A program made the translations under genes and the position numbers. The notes beneath the pieces are model-generated. The model worked only from the letters and a program-made list of their open reading frames with translations, did not search any database and had not been told where the DNA came from. Shown here one piece after another: positions 56,850-64,000 of a stretch of 64,000 bases of DNA. The DNA is from Octopus sinensis (Eukaryota), in the NCBI RefSeq assembly GCF_006345805.1, contig NC_043007.1, positions 51,646,001-51,710,000 of the forward strand, read 5' to 3'. The first letter of the stretch is position 1; each line of letters opens with the position of its first letter.

Positions 56850-58050
56850 ATTATATCAGTACATCCCCTATTCTTCTCAACAAATCACTAATTTTCGCAA
56901 AAAAACTCTCTCTTATAACTAGAGATAAAATTGACATTATTCTTTTTGCTAGGAGGACTATCATAGAATTTTAGGGTAAGCTTTGAACTAGGTCTGATAC
57001 CCCTAAAAATTTCGATATTGCTATAGGCTCGAATGATTCGGCCAAAATCATTAATCTAGTTAGTGTGTATCTTTTAAGGTGCCTCAATAGAGAAATCCCT
57101 GAATTATATATAGATGATGCTTTATTTATCATCCATAGCAACTATGCTCTATTTATCATCCATAGCAACAAAAATTCAGTCATAGAAAGAATGAGAAAAA
57201 AATTAGAAAATATTTTGAAAGCTTCAACTTAGGGATTACATATGAATATGGCACAAATGTAGTAAATGTTTTAGATACTACTTTAGACATTAGCTCAGGA
57301 TTATACTACCCCTATAGGAAACCAGGTGAAGTTACGAGACAAGTGAGCAAATTATCAAATCACCCCTAATGTGTTAAAATCGGTAGTTAAAAGTATTTCT
57401 AGAAGAATTACAAAATTATCAGCAAATAATGAAATAATGATATTTTTAATAACCATTCCCACCACTACAATTTTGCTTTGTCTTAGGCAGGATATGACCA
57501 GGAAATTACTTTTCTTAGTCCTGAGAGTTTAGCACTTTTTAATAGTAGAAATAATGAGAGTTTGAGTAATAGAGGGACTACTAGTTTACTTAGTTGTGAA
57601 AAAATACCAAATGGATAAACATTCAACAAACCCAACAATTTAAATAACAATAGAATAAGCAACAACAGGAAATTGGATGCTACAATTGGAACGGAGCTTA
57701 GGTTAGATGATAAAGATAGTGATGAGAAAGTGCTACATAGATATGAAAACTACTAGAAGCAGGAACATACCTAATGATCAAGTCACGGGTCTGAGGAGCA
57801 GTGATAGAACAGGTAGATCCTGCCCTTACTTACGCCGTAAGTTTGAAAGTAATAACTTCGTCTGGTTCAATATCCCTAACAACTGTACCATATCCACAAA
57901 CATATATATGAAATTCATGGCTATTTTAGAAAAAAAAATCCGTACTTCCCATAGATATAGCAGAATCTTTTCACGCAAGACAAAATCACGTATTGTACTC
58001 TTCCCAATATGAGTACTATCATAGCTAGATTAAATAACAAAAATATAAAA
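56850..58050 (+). mobile_element. Penelope-like reverse transcriptase remnant
   Basis: LLNKSLIFA, NFDIAIGSNDSAKI, YIDDAL, NVLDTTLD, YPYRKP..SKLSNHP, VWFNIP..TNI, PNMSTII..NNK. Confidence 0.88.
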
Positions 58051-58059
58051 TTAGCAAGA

Positions 58060-58119
<60 letters not shown>

Positions 58120-58123
<4 letters not shown>

Positions 58124-58993
58124 TAAAACGATGGCAAGAAAAGCCCCTTCATGGTAAATACTGCACTAAACTAAACGCAAAAGAAATAGACAAAGAAAAA
58201 TCCCAGCAATGGTTGAGAAGCTCAGGACTCAAAGCAGAAACAGAGGGATTTTTAATTGCAGCACAAGACCAAAGCCTCCCCACCAGAAATTACCAAAAAC
58301 ATGTGATGAAAAGAAATATTACAAGTAACTGCAGAATATGTGGAGATGGACAAGAAACAATAAATCATATTATCTCTAGCTGCCCAGTCCTGGCTAAGAA
58401 GGAATATATTCACAGACATGACAGAGTTGGAACCTACATACATTGGAAGCTATGCCAACATTATGGAATAACAACAGAAAAAAGATGGTATAGGCACACA
58501 CCAGAAAAGGTCACAGAAAACGAGAAAGCAATCATACTCTGGGATATGCCGATACACACAGATAGAGAAATTAAGGCCAACAGACCAGATATAGTTGTCA
58601 GAGATCATGAAGAAGAAAAATGCTTTCTAATTGATGTATCAATACCGGCTGATGACAACGTGTCTCTAAAAGAAATGGAGAAACTCTCAAAATACAAAGA
58701 CCTGGAAATAGAGGTAACTAGAATGTGGAATCTGAAAACAGAAACAATTCCTATCATAGTAGGTGCATTAGGCATGATAAAAAAATATTCAGACAAATAC
58801 ATAACAAAAACACCAGGACTTACAAACACATATAACATACAGAAAATTGCACTACTAGGCACTGCACACATCCTACGCAGAACACTTTCCATACAATAAC
58901 CATCAGAGCATCACAACAAATCACAACACATACCCAAAGCACACAGAGCTTCGCTCGGTAGTGAAGTGAAAGCACGCTATAAAAATAAAACTA

Positions 58994-58996
<3 letters not shown>
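58120..58996 (+). mobile_element. 877-bp 5'-truncated copy of the young R4/Dong-like LINE in (AAT)n
   Basis: Protein identical to the 52795-53574 segment; three substitutions seen in the 3' UTR. Confidence 0.95.
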
Positions 58997-59024
<28 letters not shown>

Positions 59025-59037
59025 TAATAATAATAAT

Positions 59038-59079
<42 letters not shown>

Positions 59080-59132
59080 TAATAATAATAATAATAATAG
59101 TAATAGTAATAATAGTAATAGTAATAATAATA

Positions 59133-59163
<31 letters not shown>

Positions 59164-59185
59164 TAGTAATATAATAATAATAATA

Positions 59186-59217
<32 letters not shown>

Positions 59218-59256
59218 TAAAAATAAAACTACTGAATAATAATAATAATAATAATA

Positions 59257-59310
<54 letters not shown>

Positions 59311-59324
59311 TAAAAATAAAACTA

Positions 59325-59386
<62 letters not shown>
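58997..59386. repeat. (AAT)n array containing two 19-bp LINE 3'-end motifs
   Basis: tataaaaataaaactactg at 59216-59234 and 59309-59327. Confidence 0.9.
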
Positions 59387-59388
<2 letters not shown>

Positions 59389-59942
59389 GTCCTGATGCAG
59401 TACCAGGCAGTGGCTCTCGTGGCTTCTGATCTTAACTGATTTGAAGTGTTATCATGTACACTGTTTTGTCTTGGTATAAAAGATGGGTTACAGCAAATAT
59501 TCTGCTCAACACTACAGATTTGCTTGTCAGTTGTTTGACCTAAACCAGTTGAGCATGTCCCTTAGTGGCTGACGATATGTGCATCTCTGATCACGAGCAG
59601 AAGTAGTGGGGGAGCATCATAGCCATGTGTTGAGAGGGATTCTTTGGGGTTTGAATAATTCACCTCTGGAAACATGGGTGTTTCTTTCAACATCCTTAAA
59701 CAACCCTTATTCAGGGACCTTTTGAGCGGGATGGGCTACTCAACCTGAAGAAAATTCTAACTGGGCCCCACCTGCAAGGTCATGTGCTGTTTATCTTGAT
59801 ATGAGATCACCATGTCGCGCACATATGGTTGTGATGCATGTGCCTGGTGTACCCTTATCAGACGGGTAGTCATGATGGGTATATTGGGCTTCGTATATTT
59901 TACCCCAATGTCCCTTTGATGGCATGAACTCCTCTCTCACTC
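59387..59942. mobile_element. Non-coding interspersed element of about 555 bp, bracketed by (AAT)n
   Basis: Sharp boundaries with AAT tracts on both sides; no ORF and no TIR; family identity not established. Confidence 0.45.
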
Positions 59943-59980
<38 letters not shown>

Positions 59981-60016
59981 TAATAATAATAATAATGATG
60001 ATGATGATGATGATGA

Positions 60017-60055
<39 letters not shown>

Positions 60056-60059
60056 TGAC

Positions 60060-60135
<76 letters not shown>

Positions 60136-60388
60136 CTGTCGACTATAACGTAAACATCCAAATTGAGAATAGTGATATTAGAGAAGAAGTGGGAAATAGA
60201 ATTGGCGGTATTAATACTTCTAATATACACAATATAGAATGTAGCTCTGGTTCCTATACTAGCAGAGAAATTAATGATATGCCTGTTGATGTGTGAGCAG
60301 ATTTAAATGATACTGCAGTTGAAGGGAAGATAGATATTAGCAGACATGAACATAACACACTTAATAGTAGTAGTGATAATATTAATAA

Positions 60389-60758
60389 CTAGCAGTATCG
60401 CCCGGCGTTGCTCGGGTTTGTAAGGGAAATAACTATAAAGCATTTTTAGAGAGTTATAGCCAAAAAATGGAAAAAAAAATTATGGTAAATTTTTTTAGTT
60501 AAAAAGGTCGAGTTGCGTCCCCTAGACAGTCTGTGGTTTGTGTTTCTGATTCTCGACCCCATGTTGAATTTATCGATTTTTTTCAGAACTGGGGGAACTT
60601 TTCAAAATTTTCGCTGCGTTAGTTTTGAATTATGTCATTGGGCTATGTGTGTGTCAGGTTTCATCAGAATCGGTTGAAAGCCGTGGTCAGGGTGAGGGTA
60701 CAACCTAACAGACACACAGAAACACACACAGACAAACTGCCGTTTATATATAGAGAGA
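60389..60758 (-). mobile_element. Non-autonomous Helitron with family B 3' end and unrelated body
   Basis: Minus strand A^TCTCTCTATATATAAACGG ... identical terminal about 60 bp and CTAG^T. Confidence 0.82.
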
Positions 60759-61378
60759 TAATAGTGATAATATTAATAATTATAATAAAAATATCAATAT
60801 CAATAATACTAATAATATTAATAATAGTAATTCTCCTAGTTGCAATTGTAGAGTTAGATCCCACTGTTTGTTATTAGGCCGATGTCTTACCCAGAACGTA
60901 ATTTATAAATGTACAAACATAACAATAACTGGTAACTTTATATATATTTTAGATGTTCGATTAATATGAAAAAAAAAACGTCTTTATAATCACTTTTCCT
61001 CTTTTAGACTTAAACATAAGGCTAATTGTATGTAATTGTCTAGTAAGATTTGGGAACTGAAGGAAAGCGGAGTTGAGTTTCGCCTTAAATAGGAAATAAT
61101 AAGAAAAGTGCAGCTTTATAGAAATAGTAGCTACGGATGCGAGCTATGCTTTATGGAAACGTACGAGATTTTTAAGCATAAAGACAAGAGCAACCTGATT
61201 AACAATATATTAGATCTTAGGGTATCATGCGTACATAGTGTCACCCGTGCATTTAAATATTTTCGAAATTAGCGCTTTATTAGTTTTGCTTGAACTGAAT
61301 TGATGGAAACTGACTTTTAATATTTTAGTGTTGGATCTAATTATTCTTACCCTCTAGTTCTATATATATATATATATA

Positions 61379-61811
61379 TGAATATCTATAAATCTGAACT
61401 GCGAAAAGTTTGTTTGTCTGGTTTGGGGATTGGAACGGGTTAAAGGCCACTAGACCCCGTCGGATTGACTCCAAAATTTACAGGGACATGTGGGCTGTCT
61501 TAAAAGGTGTAGTTACTAGGGCAAAAAAACGCACACTTTGACAAGTCTTCTCTCATTCTTTTATGTGTCTGTCTTCCTCCGTCTCTCTCTCTTTCCTCCC
61601 TTCCTTTCACTTTCTCTCTATAACGTCGTTTGACAGTGTCTACTATATTTCCCCTGCCGCCTTCACTCTTTCTTCCACATCCTTTCTCCTTCTCTCTCTC
61701 TCTCTCTCTCTCTCTACGTCTGTCTGCATTCATAGAGAGAATTATTATCGCCACAATCACCACACATTCATGAAAACAAATATTATGAATCAGATATTTA
61801 TTGGGTTAATT

Positions 61812-61842
<31 letters not shown>

Positions 61843-62874
61843 TCTATATATAAATATGTATATATAAGGTATATATACAAAGTGTATATATCTGTATTTA
61901 TATATATATATATAATTTGTATACATTTGTATATATAATGGTTATATATGTACATATATATATATTTAATGCGTATAAATATATAATGTGTGCATTATGT
62001 GGTCGGTTGAGCTGAAAATATGCACACCTATGTTAAAAGTGCTGGCGAGTTTGCAAGGCAACTATGTTTTTCCTCAAATAAAGGCGTAACCTCTAGGACA
62101 AAATTCCTCATCTTATAAAATGTGGCCCCAGTAGACCCGAATGAAATCGGGTTATATTAACCAAAATGTGAAAAGGGGTCTAAATGGGGCAGGAAGGGGA
62201 TTAAAATTTACAGGAGCGGGTGTTTAGGAATTCTCTGTTACATCAAGCTAAAAAATTTGCGCCAGCCTTTAAATCTTCAATGTGTTGCCGTCCATCATGA
62301 AGAAGTTTTGAATGCTTGCATTGGTGAGTCTACTGTCGTGAGAAAGAATCACTTCAAAACTTGGTGTTTAGGAATTTTCTTTTACATCAAGTTCAAAATT
62401 TTACGCCAGCCGTTAAACTGCCACTACGTTGCTGTCCGTCGTTAAGAAATGCCAGCCATTGTGACTCTACTATCCTCAGATTCTATCCCTTCAAACTTTG
62501 GTTTCCAATATTTTTTTTTTATTCAGCTCGCAAGTTCGTCTGTCCCTTTTAAATGTTAGTGTTTTGCCGTCTGCCTTGAAGCAGACCTTTCCGTTGTCAC
62601 TGCCTGATATTTATGATTGATCTTTCAAAATATTTTTTCTCAACTTACTCAAGATCTTTTGTTGTTTATAAATGGGAGAGAGATAGATAAAGATAGAGAG
62701 TAAGAGAAAGCGACGGAGAGTCCGAGAGAAAGGAAGAGTTAGAGAGTGGGAAAGTGAGGGAGAAAGGAGAGAGAAACAAAGAGGGAGAATGTTGGTGATA
62801 AAAAACAGAAAGGAAGCAACAGAAAGTAACAACCACACTCTTACCCGCGCGTAGAGCGGGTCACCTTAGGCTAG
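61379..62874 (+). mobile_element. Non-autonomous Helitron, family A (longer variant with internal microsatellites)
   Basis: 5' aatatctataaa.ctgaa; 3' acccgcgcgtagagcgggtcaccttaggCTAG^T; interior blocks match 1777-2870. Confidence 0.78.
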
Positions 62875-62899
62875 TATAAATATATATATATATAATTCA

Positions 62900-63720
62900 G
62901 GTGATATTCATTTACATGAGGAATTAAAGTACATTGCATATAATATAAGCTATATAGTACAGTAAATTAGTGTGCTACATGGAGTTAATACACTATCCTA
63001 TGGATATTCCTGCCTAGTTAGTCTAACTTCATCATGGTTCTAGTAATTAATCTATTTATCATTTTCTATAATGTTCCATCCTCCTGTTCATATTATTTTT
63101 ATAAAGGCCTTTATGTAAGTGGCCCTCCTAATTAAGTACCCCTATGAAACTATATTATCATGTATGTATTAACTCTGGAAACTTTTAAAACATTTTACAT
63201 TTCTCAATTTATAATCAATATATAGTTGCATGTTCTATAGCTTCAATATCCCTCTAGTAAATACCAGGTATCAGTATTTATAGATACAACCTAATAACTA
63301 ATAACTAGTAATTAAATAATTTAGTTTAAATGATTGGATTATTAAACAAATTCAACATAATCTTCTCTTTTATATGAATGATAATAAGGTATATATTTTT
63401 CATCATAGTTTTTAGTGATTAAACTATTTATTCCTTTTTATGGTGGTCTACCCTACTGATCATATTATTATTTTTGTAATAGCCTTTATGTAAGTAAACC
63501 TAATGTTTGTACCCCTAGAAATTTATATTAGCTTACATATAACAGCACCGGAAACTCCACAACTTATAATATACCTCTTAGATTATAATTATTAGTATCA
63601 TATAGTTAGCATGTTCTATTGCCCCAGTATTCCTTTATTAAATTGCCAGTAAATGAAAGAGATCAATCTCCATAGATACCACCTAATAAATAAATATTTA
63701 AGTATATATTTAAAGTAATT
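62900..63720. repeat. Diverged tandem repeat, unit about 375 bp
   Basis: catatta(t)tttt..gcctttatgtaagt..gtacccct..ggaaact..atatagtt(a)gcatgttctat..atagatac.acctaataa recurs at about 63090 and about 63465. Confidence 0.65.
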
Positions 63721-64000
63721 CTATGTAATTTTTTTCTCCCTCTATTGTTGTAAATTTTGGTATGTACTCAAAATTGACTTAAGATCTTCCTTTACCAAAC
63801 CTCATAAAAACCAGTTAATTTATACTACTTCAAAATAATCTTGACAAGTTTTATGACTATATCCACTATGATTCTGTCATCTCCCTCATGCCCTTTCCTA
63901 TCAGACACTGCTCTGTTGTCTTAGATTTTGATATACAAAGATTTGATAAACTAGGACTATAAATCATAACCGACCCCAAAAATCAGTGACAAATTAGAAC

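Noticed and set aside
58997-59386. Repeat-spacer-like pattern suggestive of CRISPR
   Set aside because: The spacers are pure AAT repeats, the context is eukaryotic and there are no cas genes.

Overview
AT-rich eukaryotic DNA made almost entirely of transposable-element remnants and microsatellites. The style of the tRNA-headed SINEs and the (TA)n/(CA)n/(ATAC)n/(AAT)n density suggest a cephalopod, probably Octopus; that is my inference from repeat style, not a database result. I found no intact host protein-coding gene, rRNA, true tRNA or CRISPR array, and most long ORFs in the track are microsatellite translations. Recognisable elements are: R4/Dong-like restriction-like-endonuclease (REL) LINEs sitting in (AAT)n tracts, a near full-length RTE-group LINE, an RTE-BovB-like 3' end with three C2H2 fingers, Tx1/L1-like ORF2 and ORF1-only pieces, several Penelope-like remnants with hammerhead-like motifs and fold-back palindromes, a pogo-like and a mariner-like DNA transposon, a Tigger-like MITE, two non-autonomous Helitron families and about four SINE families. 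The most interesting structures are the stack of progressively shorter R4/Dong copies in AAT repeats, a LINE>MITE>Helitron nest, Helitrons sharing a 3' end but not a body, and repeated hairpin/hammerhead architectures. None is a confirmed new system, and family assignments come from motifs read by eye.
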